DNA of 56,242 nt, counting the filler, from Sphacelaria rigidula (lineage: Eukaryota): the NCBI GenBank assembly GCA_964200075.2. It is 7 parts of 7 records of this genome, joined end to end, with 100 filler letters (N's around TTAATTAATTAA, not from the genome) between each part and the next. Parts side by side here need not be neighbours in the genome. Positions count along the whole stretch, not along the records: positions 8,051 to 16,000 come from CAXNAA020012878.1; positions 16,101 to 24,049 come from CAXNAA020012879.1; 5 more parts are not named here. One strand, given 5' to 3'. Numbering within the stretch: position 1 is the first letter of the stretch; the number at the start of each line of letters is the position of its first letter. The translations under genes were made by a program, and so were the position numbers. Shown here one piece after another: positions 10,916 to 23,507 of the stretch. Below the pieces are notes generated by a model. That model was not told where the DNA came from. It saw nothing but the letters and a program-made list of their open reading frames with translations, and ran no database searches.

Positions 10916-11793
10916 TGATGATTTTTTTGCTGAACGTGCATGTGGTGGACGGCCAGAGTCGAGGAGGCGGGGGGGAGGGGAGTGTCCATTAATGATTCAT
11001 GGCTGATTGGTGGGTTCGTTCGCTGGTGAAGGTTGTCGCGATGAACCATGAGTCGCTACGGGTCTACCGCGGGGACAAGGTGAACGTGCAAATACCCTAA
11101 GGTGAGCGAGTAGACGGAACAGAAGCAGTTGCCATGCACCTCAAAGGAGTCACGAAGGAAAAATCGAGCAACCGAGAAAACACACAAACACGTACACAAA
11201 GGCAGGGACATTGATATACTGTACTGACATCATTGCGAGGCAAAGAGCCCGTAGCGGTCCCGAGCTCTCCGCCGCCCCCCCAGCCCCCCTCGACACGCGC
11301 CACCCTGCCAAGACTTGAAGCAAGAAGGCCTTACAAGAACTTAATATGCTACTGTATCGCCGCCATTCCAACCTCGCCCTTGCAACTAGTCCAGGAATAG
11401 CCGGCCAGCGCGAGGAAAACGTTGTGGGTTTGAGTTTTTCGACGAATGACGTTGTGTCTGCTTTTGTTGTAGCAGACATTTGGTTGCCGTCATTGCAAAC
11501 CGTGAGGAAGTTTGCGTTGAATACAAGATTTTACGGATTAGTGGGCGCGATAAGGAAGTGCTGTAGGGGGTATCCAATCAACCGCCGCGCCGTGGTGGTC
11601 TTCACTGAAGCCATTATTATTAGGTACTACAGTACTGCCCCAAGTATAGTCATTTGATAAACCGAGACGACGGCCGGATACCTTATCGCGAGTACGAAAC
11701 CCCCAGCATTTGTGCGCGGAATTTTTCCATACACTTTCCCGTAGGTTATAGCTTAAGTTGTCGACGCTTTCCCAAAGGTTTCAAATCACCTGA

Positions 11794-12123
<330 letters not shown>

Positions 12124-12168
12124 TGACGGCCTCGTTCTTGCCCTTCTGGACTGCAATACTACAACATA

Positions 12169-15100
12169 CAGTCTTGCGCCAATATATATATATATATATA
12201 TATACAAGGATCGGACGGGGTCGCCGACGAAAGGCGTGGAAAGGAATGAATTTAAATTGGGATATGGTAAAGGTAATGACTCCTACCAAGAGGCTGAGCC
12301 AGAGATTTGATGTGTGTATCGGTTATGAAACTGTGTTACATATGATGAGTAGAAGAAGGAAGGTATGACATGGGTATGGGATGATTGGGATTAAGGAACG
12401 CGAACGTTGAGAGCGCGGAATGATGGGTGAAACGCACTGAATTTCGTGTCATGGTTCAAAAGTGTGAAAAACGCGGAAGACCCGAATGTGTCACAGATAA
12501 TGCGTTCTGATCATAAACAGAGCTGAAACATGAAGAAAAGAATGGATCCATTCTCCAAAAGTAGAAGTTTGCTCGTGAGTTGATATTTAGCTTACGAAAG
12601 AGCAAGATCTCTACGTACAACTGTTGGTTGAAATTCGCTCCAACATTTACCTATACAACATCCGACAGTCGGGGTTCCCGTTGTTAACGATCGCGCGCGG
12701 CTTGATAGAGCCCCGAAACTCGGAGTACTGGCTGGCTGGCTGGGCTTGCGTTTGTTGGGGGAAAGTTTGGAAAGCTGGGACAGAGAAACAGGAGCAACAG
12801 TCTTCATGGTCTCTACAGTGGTGAAAAGGTTGAAAAATGGAAGCACACGCTCACGCGACGCGTATTGCTTGACCCGTTCGTTCGCGCATTTTCTTTTTAC
12901 CCTTTCAAACGGAACACTGTGACGAAAATAATACGTTGGAACAACGGAAGACGAAAAATGTGTACGTGTTCCAAAATTTACGCAAGCCAGAGACAGCCTG
13001 GCGGAGAGAGACCTAAAAAACATGCCGTGCCGAAATTCACCGAACCTTGCAAATAACTTGAGAGGTCCGGTGTATTCAACAGCCAATTTGCCGCGGTTCG
13101 GTGAAGATTGAAGCCGAGTTTTGTCGTCTCTGTCTTGGCCGTCTATTTTTTGGTAAATTGCGGGCTATCCCAAAGTTCTTTGCAATGTTCGGTGAATTTC
13201 GGAACGGCATGTTGTTTTGGTCTCTTTCCACCAGGCTGTCTCTGGCTTGCGTAAATTTTAGAACACGTATACATTTTTCGTTGTTGTTTCATCGACCTTT
13301 CTATGTTCCTTAGATTCGATTTCCCGGAGTTCTGGGTTCGGTGAATTCAACAGCCGAGTTGCCGCGGTTCGGTGAATTTTGGAGCCGAATTTTATTGTCT
13401 CTCTTCTGGTCGTCTATTTTTTGGTAAATCGCAGTCTACCCGAACCCCAGGAAATCGAATCCAAGGAACACAGAAAGGTCGATGAAACAACAACGAAAAA
13501 TGTATACGTGTTCTAAAATTTACGCAAGCCAGAGACAGCCTGGCGGAAAGAGACCAAAACAACATGCCGTTCCGAAATTCACCGAACATTGCAAAGAACT
13601 TTGGGATAGCCCGCAATTTACCAAAAAATAGACGGCCAGGACAGCGACGACAAAACTCGGCTCCAATCTTCACCGAACCGCGGCAAATCGGCTGTTGAAT
13701 ACCCCGAACCTCGAACCCCAGGAAATCGAATCTAAGGAACACAGAACGACCGACGAACAAAGCGCCCTGCGGAAGGCTGCAAACTGGCAACAACAACCAC
13801 AGCGTCTATGATTGTTGTTGATTGAAACCATACTGATATTACGCACGCATGTGTCGCGCTTACCCGAGTCAGACGCCTGTATGGTGCCAGGAAATATAGT
13901 CATGTTACCATCTGAACGTCATGTGTTGCACATATCCGAAAAAGGTTGCGATTGCCAAATAATAAACAATCCAGAAAGAGTGAACTAACAATAAAACTGC
14001 GAATGGAAGATTCACCCAACTCCGAGAAATCGAAGCATTTGCTTTGTTATTGTTGTTTACGCTTTCACTGATGGATTGGACGCCTACGCTGTAAGGAAAA
14101 CTAATCGCGTTAACGCTTCAGCGTGAGTGTGTTGCACATATGCAACCATATATGGTCCAAAGAAAACTCCAGCCTGTAGGAAACATCAACGCTTTTCTTG
14201 CGTTTTGGCCGTGTATGCATGTAAGATTGAAGTGTCCGTTTTTCAGAATCAAAACGTCAGGACCACCAGTCTGATTTACCAACAAATAGACGGCAAGGAC
14301 AGAGACAATGAAATTCGACTCCAAAATTCACCGAATCCCGAACCTCGAATCTTTACGTGCATATTAGGTCCATATTTAGGCACTGACAGCTTGGGTCAAC
14401 GTGGAATCTTGCGCTCGTCTGAGTTGAACGGTGATGGAAAGTCATTGCACTACCTGATCAACCTTACGGTATTATGTCTTTTGCGCAATACAGCCACAAA
14501 TAGATATACAGAGACATGGTCGTAAGAAAACTCTAGCCCAAAGGAAACAGAGACGCTCTTCTTGCGTCCTGATGTCTCCTCTGCTCATCCTATATACGTT
14601 TTTCAGAATCAAAGTGTCAGATCCACCATCAGGGCTCCGCGTATTGCCTATTACGCGGCTACTTNNNNNNNNNNCTCGCCCTCGTCGAACGTGAACGGTG
14701 ATGGGAAAACGTTGCACTGTCTCATCAAGCTTTCGAAAATGAAAAATGCCCCGGGGTGACGTGGAGCTGAAGGAGTTTGTGAAGTGTACTGTTTTGAGAG
14801 TAGGTCTAATCGTCCCGCTTGCACCGAGCGTTCACAAGTAATCTTAGTTTGGACATATATATATATATATATAATCGGAACAAAATCTGTCCTCTCTTCA
14901 CCCCGTTGCGCACTGCTGCAACGCGCAACCCCAGATTCAACGACATGGGCTTATCGACGGGTGCTTTACTTGACGTGTAGCCGAAGTTGCAGCGCGATAC
15001 AGTGCCGACAACGCGCATACGACCGTGCCTCCCGGACTGAGCACCCCTACAGGCGATATGTTAATGATTTTTGTACATATTGTCATAACCCAGTGGGTCA

Positions 15101-15533
15101 TCCAGTACAAATGGATGTTCGTTTGCCAGCGCAGCAGCCGCCCACTTGCTCAAGATGTGGAAGTTAGTGCACCAGTGGGTCGAGATGTACACTCACAAGC
15201 GGTGCACGCAGGATGCCTTGCGGGGAGGCCGTGTTGAGACTGTGTCGACGGCATTGCCCCGAAATCGGTATTCACCTCGGTCATTTTAGTAGCACGGCTC
15301 GGACGTGCCGCCGATTGGTGCACGTGCAGCCTGCGTCGTGTCCGCCTAGTGCGCCAAGATTCACGGTAGATAGTCCAGCTGAGGTGGAGAAATCCACAAG
15401 CACAGTTTACGTTTGAAAGTGCGATGATCCTTGTATGCGGACTAAGTGCGGTCATTTCCATATACAGTACGGGCATTCCCATATCTTATATATATATATA
15501 TATACGGAAATGAATATCTTTGGCGCAAGACTG
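12169..15533. mobile_element. Putative Tc1/mariner-like non-autonomous element in the MetRS intron
   Basis: Perfect inverted termini CAGTCTTGCGCCAA (12169-12182) / TTGGCGCAAGACTG (15520-15533), TA on the left and TG on the right, each end adjacent to a (TA)n tract; no transposase recognised. Confidence 0.5.
12955..13745. repeat. Complex fold-back repeat (three related copies in alternating orientation)
   Basis: 13069-13340 and 13440-13703 are near-perfect inverted arms; 12955-13060 is a further copy of AAAATTTACGCAAGCCAGAGACAGCCTGGCGGA...; 13341-13440 is a partial copy. Confidence 0.85.
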
Positions 15534-16000
15534 TGCTGTGCTGTACATGTCAGAAGTGGACACGAACGCTTCAAAAATCTAAATTAATACAGTGTTTTCG
15601 CTTTTTACGGGGAACGATATAGATGAGAAAAAAATAACATTCGATTCGATGCTGTCTTTTCACACACACACGTCAGCCTCTTGCTCGCACAAGCTTTGTT
15701 TTCGCCGTGACGTCTTCCATCAACCCCTCTCTACTCCACGACGAGACTGTCGTTCGAACCCTGATTCATATCTCACCCCCCTGGTACCTTGATACCTTTT
15801 ACGCTGTAAACGGTTGAACGCCAACAGACAGAGGCAGCGATATGTCAAGTAAGTTCTGCAGCTCAACGCGTCATTTGGTGGTGAGATGTACGAAGGACAA
15901 AGAATGTACATTTGAAACATAACCCCCCCCCTTCCCCCCCCGTCTCGAAAGGGATGCGTGGTCAATGGTCAAACGACTAAGGCAAGCAACAAATGAGTAC

Positions 16001-16100
16001 NNNNNNNNNNNNNNNNNNNNNNNNNNNNNNNNNNNNNNNNNNNNTTAATTAATTAANNNNNNNNNNNNNNNNNNNNNNNNNNNNNNNNNNNNNNNNNNNN
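16001..16100. other. Artificial contig-joining linker
   Basis: N44-TTAATTAATTAA-N44. Confidence 0.98.
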
Positions 16101-16579
16101 AGCCAACAATGAGTTGCTTTATTCTGTGGTATCGCCACTTCCGGAGACAGCCACGGTTTTACACTGCCTCGTGGGAGAGGGGGGGGGGGGCAGGGCTCAC
16201 ATTTATTAGCTGAAGGTGAACATGCAAATCAGTGCAACATTCATCAAAAGCGGCTGCGAAGGGGAACGTGCTGTTGACTTGAAGGAACCGCAATTCATCC
16301 CCCATGGCTGCTCACTGACACGAGGTGATAGCGCTGCGTTCTTCCCATAAGGGAATCCTAACACCGCTATATATCCAAGCGGGCGGAATATTTGGTGAGC
16401 TTGGCATATGCATTGTAGGGGCAATACAACAGCAAAAGGTCAGGCACGCACGTACATACGCAAGTTAGGGTCCCATCCTATGATGATCGTACTTTCTTCA
16501 TTAGTTTATTGAATTATTTGACATTTGGCAGCGTTTCTTGCCCCCCCTCCTCCAGAACGTGAATGATTACAATCGTCTG

Positions 16580-17043
16580 TCTTGGACACTGTACATCGCC
16601 TCGCTGAGAGGAATCAGCGTGCCTCTCCGAAAGGGGTTGGCTCTTGGGTTTTCAAAACGGGCCCTTTGCGAAAAACCGTATCGGAAATGAAAAAATGTGG
16701 TGTCCGCAGCGATGCTTGCAATATTTCACACTCTGGAGAATGACAATATATGGTGAATAGATGCAATAGAAAAAATATGTACTGGATTAAGTATAGGCCT
16801 ATTGCAACTACTGACGGCCGTCAGTAGTTGCAATAGGCCTACACTTTACCAAGTACACTTCTTGTCTATTGCATTTATTTACCATACATTGTCCAGGGTG
16901 TGAAATATTTCCACGACGCCTCCACGTTTGACTCTCGTTTTCAGTGGGAATTTTGGAAAGTGGCCGTTTTCAAGCCTAGGGGGCCTAAGGAAACTGACAA
17001 GTGGGCTAGGCTCCTCTCAGTGGTGTGACGTCAAGTGCTCAAG
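16580..17043. repeat. Palindromic element with perfect 48-bp loop-less core
   Basis: 16794-16841 TAGGCCTATTGCAACTACTGACGG|CCGTCAGTAGTTGCAATAGGCCTA is a perfect palindrome; arms clear to 16720/16909 and weakly to ~16580/17043. Confidence 0.85.
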
Positions 17044-17234
17044 CCACATGGCTGTAACCTTTCACTTCCGGTGGGTAAAAACCTATGTCGAATGTTCCAT
17101 AAAAAGAATCCAGACAGCAGAAATATTGTACTATATTCCCCAGATGATGGGGCCTACCAAAGATATGAAAACAAAACGGGCTCATGCAGCAATACTTGGA
17201 AACGTGAAACCCCGACGCGGAAAGTACCGCTTAC

Positions 17235-17419
17235 CCGAAGAAAGTAAGATAGGGGACGGAGAGGTTGCTCGTTGAGAGCCTCCAGTGAGCACTCTCGGCC
17301 TGCAGCGGATCTTCAAAAAAAGCTGCCCCAAGAGCACCGGACTTCGCTCCACTACCTTCTTTCAATGCCGTAGCGGCCGCCGCTCGCATGGCGTATATGT
17401 GTCGATCCACCCCTTGTCC
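17235..17419 (-). CDS. Carnitine O-acyltransferase (CPT2-like), exon 5 of 5 seen
   Basis: Encodes GQGVDRHIYAMRAAAATALKEGSGAKSGALGAAFFEDPLQAESAHWRLSTSNLSVPYLTFFG with the GxGxDRH and STS carnitine-binding motifs; tttttcAG acceptor, GTaag donor. Confidence 0.9.
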
Positions 17420-18976
17420 CTGAAAAAGATCGGATATAGGGCGACGGGAGGAGGGTTACAGGACAGGTATTCCGAAGAGAGTTAGGTACAATTGAATGCT
17501 TGCCATGCTCCAGGACTTCAGGATACTTTTTCACGATTCGGTTTGACATACTGCATGTTATGTTTTTTGCAAGTACAGTCATCAGGTGTCCCCGAATATA
17601 ATTTCGACATCCCCAACCGACGCAAGAACCCGTTGGTGGCGACCCCCTTGTTTATTGCCGCTGTCGGTATCCCCGCCATGGGATAAAACGGCATAGCATA
17701 GGTACTGACTGTAGATGAGAGAGTAGCGGAAGGAGGACATGTTGAGGATCCTCGTCTCGTCGGAGAGGGGCATGATGAACGTCACAGCACGGCTCAATTT
17801 AGGAAACCTGTTTTCCATACCCATGATTGCTGCAGCTCGTGCGAAAAGCCTATGTGGTTCATTCACGCGATTACTGCATAATTTGCCTTTGGAATAATTT
17901 AGCAAAACTGAAAATAATGATTTTGTAACTATCCAATCTTGGTGTCTTAGATAGCGGGATCTTAGGTGCCATAACCCAAAACTCACGTATGTTGTGTCTG
18001 ACTTGTCTGCCTGCCTGTCTGTATGTCAGTCTATCTGTCCATCTCTGGCTCTGTCTGGCTGTGTCTGTCTCTGTCTCCATCTCTGTCTGTCTCCATGTCT
18101 GCCTATTTTCTCTCTGCGTTATCGATCAGACTCATGCCGGTCGTTGTAAAAGGAGAGCAAACGTTTTCCCGACTTGTCTCCCAAGGTATTTTATCCTCGC
18201 CGAACTACTACAGTAAGACACGGCTCCAAAACAAACTACGTGGCCGTTCCACTCGTGGTCTTTTGGGCCATGACCTACGCTCAACGTCTACAAGTATAGG
18301 GGTCTCTTTCCACCACTCAAGGGAGGCCAGTACAGTACAGTCTTGTCTCCAACAGGGCATCTGCTGTTCCCCGCCTCTTGTTGAGAACGAGAATACGCAC
18401 TTGTGCAGCCTGCGGTCACGAAAAAAAGTGGACCTGCAGCGGGTGCCGAGATTTGTCGCTGGACGTAAAGCTACGGGTCGTCTGTGAACGACTCCTGAAT
18501 GAAGCCTGTGCAAAGTAGTTCCCTGCATGCATGAAAAGTCGCGGAAGAGAAACCTTGCGCAATTGTTTCCCTGTACGCAACCCCGGATCGAGCAATCAAT
18601 TTTGACGGTAACAGCATGTCAGCCGAACTCGAACTACAATAGACAACCCGATATATGCCCCTTCCTGGCCTGGGCGCGATCGGCGAAGCCCAGTCTCACG
18701 GCGGGAGCGGACGGTATGGTGGGTTACTGAGACAGATTACAGTGTGAAATAACTGCCGAATATTTTCGACTACAGGAGACCCGAAGCAAACTGCGCATGC
18801 CTGTGTGGAGCACCTGGAGACGGAGTTGGGTATATGCACGTATGTCGCTGACTGTAGCAGTGCCAACCACCTTGTCTTTTGTGCTGCGGTTCAGCGTAGG
18901 CTTTTTTAGAGTCGCGCGTTAACTGATTCCCAAGAAATCCGACCGAGGTCATTAGATGCAACGTAGGCGTGTCCAA

Positions 18977-19125
18977 GGTATCACACCCTGGATAATCGCA
19001 ATACAGTGCTCTGTCAAAAAATGTACTGCGTACAGTATCGACTATTGCCTCTATTGCAATAGACAGTAGATCCCATACTGTACCCAGTACACTTTTTGAT
19101 AATGCAATCTATCGTCGAGGGTACG
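18977..19125. repeat. Second, shorter copy of the palindromic element
   Basis: Stem TCAAAAAATGTACTGCGTACAGTAT (19014-19038) / ATACTGTACCCAGTACACTTTTTGA (19075-19099); flank TCACACCCTGGATAAT resembles TCACACTCTGGAGAAT at ~16726. Confidence 0.6.
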
Positions 19126-19548
19126 AAGGAAATCAAAACAGGAACACCCGATCGAGGAAACTCGAGAAAACGGAAGTATATGGAAAGAAAATGTAGGACA
19201 GAGTAGATCTGAACAACAACAAAAGGAGGGAGAGGTGTACTCATAAGGGGGGGGGGGGGGGGGGGAAAAAAAAAAAAAAAAAAAAAAAGCAACAAAGAGG
19301 CCAGGAAAAGAGAAAAAAAAAATCAACGAAAAAAAAACCAAAATGCCGTGCCTTGTGCATAGCTCAAGATAATCCACATGTGACTTGGCTGTTCGCAAGG
19401 TAGTAAGCACCGTCAGCACTGTCAGTACCTTGCAACCATCGAATGCAATCCTTGATATACCTTACATCAACACGGTAAGATACGTCGCTTGCACAGCTAC
19501 ACCTATATGCATTATTTTTGCTTCAGCTTGTTCATGCACACCAAATCA

Positions 19549-19685
<137 letters not shown>

Positions 19686-20255
19686 GTAGAGCAACATCCT
19701 CACGCCTCTGCAGCACGCCTCTGCGTGGCCTCGTCAGCTCTGACGCCTCGTGAAACATTTCGAACGCCTGCGATATCTACAGCTCAACTCGAATGGGGAG
19801 CGAATGGTTTCTGACATGTGGTGGTGAACGCGTATCGCCGTATTTGCGCTCCGTGCCCCTCTTCGGGTTTCAGTCGGTCGCAGGGGAACCGCAGCATCAT
19901 CACTCCACATCCACATTCCCTCATGACCTCGTCCTGTCGACTACTTCTCATCCGCCACGCATTGAATCGTGCTCCATACATTGATTCGCTTGTATGAGAC
20001 ACTGCGGTGAACTCGTAGATGAGTGCTCATCATGCCTAACTATCCCCAGCAATACGAAATTCCGGGCGAAGTTGCCCAAATGGCAAGAAAAGGCCACTGT
20101 TATGGAGCGATGAAAACCCTCAAAGTGTCTGTATCCCCCCTCCCCCCAGCTCTCGCGCGCTTGCGCACGAGTGAATTTCAAAGCCCCTCTCGTGTTGTCA
20201 TATGGACAATTCCTCACATTCCACTGCGCTGCGACGACAACCAGCACGCGAAGTA

Positions 20256-20257
<2 letters not shown>

Positions 20258-20312
<55 letters not shown>
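20258..20312. repeat. (CA)n microsatellite forming the 5' splice site of a minus-strand intron
   Basis: Pure CA run abutting the exon end at 20313. Confidence 0.9.
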
Positions 20313-20314
<2 letters not shown>

Positions 20315-20428
20315 GTTGCGCTGCTTTGGCGATTGACACATGTGCCGCTGCTGCCCGGTTGAGAGCGGCGCGCCGTGTGTCTTTTCCCTTGGAATCGGAG
20401 TTCATCGCTGCCGCGAAGTCAGCCGACT
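20313..20428 (-). CDS. Carnitine O-acyltransferase (CPT2-like), exon 4 of 5 seen
   Basis: Phase-compatible (G|AG = Glu); encodes ESADFAAAMNSDSKGKDTRRAALNRAAAAHVSIAKAAQQ, leading directly into GQGVDRH. Confidence 0.85.
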
Positions 20429-21185
20429 CTACGGCATTACGAGGAGAAGGGGATCAGGTGGTTCAGAGGCGTTAACGCCGTGAAAACATGGACATCAAGG
20501 TCGCTATTCGTCGCGGGAGGGGTGGGGGGGGCAGGGAAGGGGATACAGGAACAGGATATCACATCAAATCACCTCGACCGGTTGTTGCGGCGTAGGATGG
20601 AGATTGAGCAGCCCGGGGAGGAAGCAAACACAAAACGGGCGTTGCATTCAAGCCTTCGAATGAGTACGGGTTACGTGACTAGTTTCGACACAGAACAGGT
20701 AAAACCGCTGCTGCTGCTGCTGCTGCTGCGAATGCCGACAAAGATCAAATCTACACCAAATCGGCTCTACCGCATCGTAGCGCGCGGGCGCGTGCACCGT
20801 GTTCGACAGGGTGGGCTCTGACGAGAGAGGATTTTTTCATCATGGATTTGCTCGCATTTACTTTGCCACTTCTGGGGTTCGGCTTCGCCTTGTTTTATGA
20901 TGGAAGGGATGCAGTCGTCAGCAGCAAGAGCGACTACGAACGTCGACAGAACAGCAACAACGACCCAGACTTACGCTTACATGTTGTGTACTACACCCCC
21001 ACACAGCCACCGTGACTGGCCCTTTCCCCTTTTCAAAGTTGAGTAAAGCCGTGCTCGACAACTTCATGTGGGCTCTCTGTCCGGCGTATGTACAAAACTT
21101 CGAGTTACCGTTATTCGGCACAGCCAATTGGGAAAATAAACAACGAAAGAAAAAAAAATCAAATCACTTTTGCGATGATACACAC

Positions 21186-21336
21186 CTGTAGTGCAACTCC
21201 TGATGGTCTCAGTTCGACCCCTGTGGAATGACCTCGTCGCGCAGCTCTCGTACGTGGGAGCCATCTGCCCGTGTAACCGGCGGAAGGCCAGCTGGATCGC
21301 CATCTGCACCATTGCGTCAGGGCTCACTTTCCACTC
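21186..21336 (-). CDS. Carnitine O-acyltransferase (CPT2-like), exon 3 of 5 seen
   Basis: EWKVSPDAMVQMAIQLAFRRLHGQMAPTYESCATRSFHRGRTETIRSCTT contains the SPD..Q.A.QLA, TYES and GRTETIR family signatures; AG/GT boundaries. Confidence 0.93.
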
Positions 21337-22225
21337 CTGCCCGTCCGACCGTTGCATTGTTTTTTGTTGTTTTTGTTGTTGTTGCCAATGACGAACATGA
21401 GCACAGACGGACACATACATACACACACACACACACACAGCGAGGGAAGCGAAGCAGTAGATATAAACAAACTCGACAGGACAACGTGCGATGGGCACAC
21501 AGAAATACCGACATCCGAAATGGAAAACCTCAACCTCTCCTCGTCGAGTACACGTATTTTACGCTAAAGTCAGCCAGAATTTGAGTTTTCACGGGTGTTT
21601 GGCGGCTCATACGCCACAATCGTCCCTCAACCATTACTCGACGTTCCATGTCTGGGCCACTCATGAGTGCACCAAGATCATGTCGCCTACGCCTTTCACG
21701 GCAGTCGTTATGCGGATCGATCCCCGCACACACCCCAATCTTCACTCAAACCTTGACTCGAAATTCCACGCTCGGCCTTTACTAGCGTCTACATCACCAT
21801 CTTATACTTCGAACTATTCCGTATTCCGCCGCGCTTACGTGTTCAGAATGGTACGCCATCAACCGCTAAGGGCGGCAAGCTGCGGGCTCGAGCCCCGACA
21901 CATACAGCCTTTGGAACCATAATCTGGTTGCAGAGGTTGAAAAGCGTGAGGGATGTGAGTGGAAGAAAAAGAAAAAAAAAACGATGAAGCGTCGACAGGG
22001 TGCGGTAGTGCCGATCCGATCCTCGGCGAAAAATAAATGTCAAACACGTACCGGGGCAGAGATGAGCTAATCGATCGTTGGAAAACTGCGGTCTCGTGCC
22101 GAGGGCTGAGGGGGGTTTTGGCGTACAAAAAATTGGATGTAAAAGAAAAAAACGTCGCGCGAACACACACTGTCCACTCACTACCCCCACCTTCCACCAC
22201 CCAACTACCCGATCCCGCCCCGCAC

Positions 22226-22447
22226 CTTGCAGGAATTCTTCCCGAAGGATTGGAAGTCGATGGCGTCCAAGCTGTACCCGTGACAAGCGCCGACGAACTC
22301 CTTGCGGGCGTACTGCACTTCCCCCTTCAGTTCCTCCGGCAGCTTCCAAAGCACCTCTCGTGGCGGCGGCGGCGGAGTGGCCAGCAGGGGCGCCTTAGGA
22401 AACGGCCGGATTCCCTTCGCCTTTACGTCGTACATGTCGTGCCATAT
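22226..22447 (-). CDS. Carnitine O-acyltransferase (CPT2-like), exon 2 of 5 seen
   Basis: 74 codons, phase 0/0: IWHDMYDVKAKGIRPFPKAPLLATPPPPPREVLWKLPEELKGEVQYARKEFVGACHGYSLDAIDFQSFGKNSCK (FxxFGKxxxK motif preceding SPD). Confidence 0.88.
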
Positions 22448-22713
22448 CTGCGTTCGTTCCGCCCATCCGCGATAGAGAGGAAAGCCCGAAGGAGATCGGA
22501 CGGTGGGAAGACGGGATGCGGTGGATGAGACCGGACATGCTTCATCAGTGCAGGGAAAACATACTCTTCTGGGGAAAGCGCGAGTGGTGGCGACGAGACG
22601 GGACGGGACGGGACGGGGGGGGGGGGGGGGGGGGGTGGGGTGCCGGCGCCCCGCAACAGGGGGACGCGGGGGCCCGGCGGACCCGGCGACCACACCATGC
22701 CGTGGAGNNAAGA

Positions 22714-22715
<2 letters not shown>

Positions 22716-22790
<75 letters not shown>
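22716..22790. repeat. Poly-G homopolymer
   Basis: ~75 G next to an NN; intronic, length may be an assembly artefact. Confidence 0.85.
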
Positions 22791-22792
<2 letters not shown>

Positions 22793-23423
22793 CCTTGCTG
22801 CTTCCGCCGACAACAAAACGGGGAATGCTTCGACCCGTAGACATCGGCGTCACCATCTTGGTCGGCAGGCTGTTCACCCGGCTTGTTCGTCCGGTTGTTT
22901 GTACATGTACCTGTCTGACTGAGGAACCGCCTGCAGTAGAATCGAACGCTACGCGACACTAAGAGGGGTGGTGTTCCGCGACGACGACGGTATCCAAACG
23001 ATCCTTCGCAGACTGTACATGGATACCGTCTCCCTGTACCAACTGGTCATCGTGCGTCCAAACATACACTTTTGCGGAGGAGGTGACACCAAATCCAGTG
23101 GATGAAATCTGGCACACGAGGGCCCGATTTCTCATCACGGTAAAAACCCATAGTAGCGTAGTATAAATAGTATCACAGCACTCCGAGGGAAGGCGTTGCC
23201 TCCGTTGGACCCGTACATCAAGATAACACCATTTTCTCTATTAAACTTTCCCCAAGTCCCCTCCCTAAACACTCTCACATTGTCCTCCCCCCGACTGTAT
23301 CCAGTCCTCCCCGGGACTTTATCCAAAAGACACACAAGCACGCGGAAAAAAAACGGAAGTACCTGAGGAAGACGTTGGACAAGACAGAGGGAGGGAGGAA
23401 AGGGGAACGAGGAAGCGACTGAC

Positions 23424-23507
23424 CTCGCCAAGCATGCGTATCCAGATCATGCCGTCAGAGTAGGAGTGCTCGAAATTCACAGCCATCGATCCGTCCTTCA
23501 GCACAAT
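23424..23507 (-). CDS. Carnitine O-acyltransferase (CPT2-like), exon 1 of 5 seen (catalytic His)
   Basis: IVLKDGSMAVNFEHSYSDGMIWIRMLGE; FEHSxxDG catalytic motif like CPT2 FEHSWGDG; cAG acceptor, GTcagt donor. The N- and C-terminal exons were not found and probably lie outside the contig. Confidence 0.9.

Noticed and set aside
22423-22962. Poly-Pro/poly-Gly ORFs resembling extensin or formin
   Set aside because: Produced by intronic poly-G homopolymers; only 22226-22447 is a real exon.
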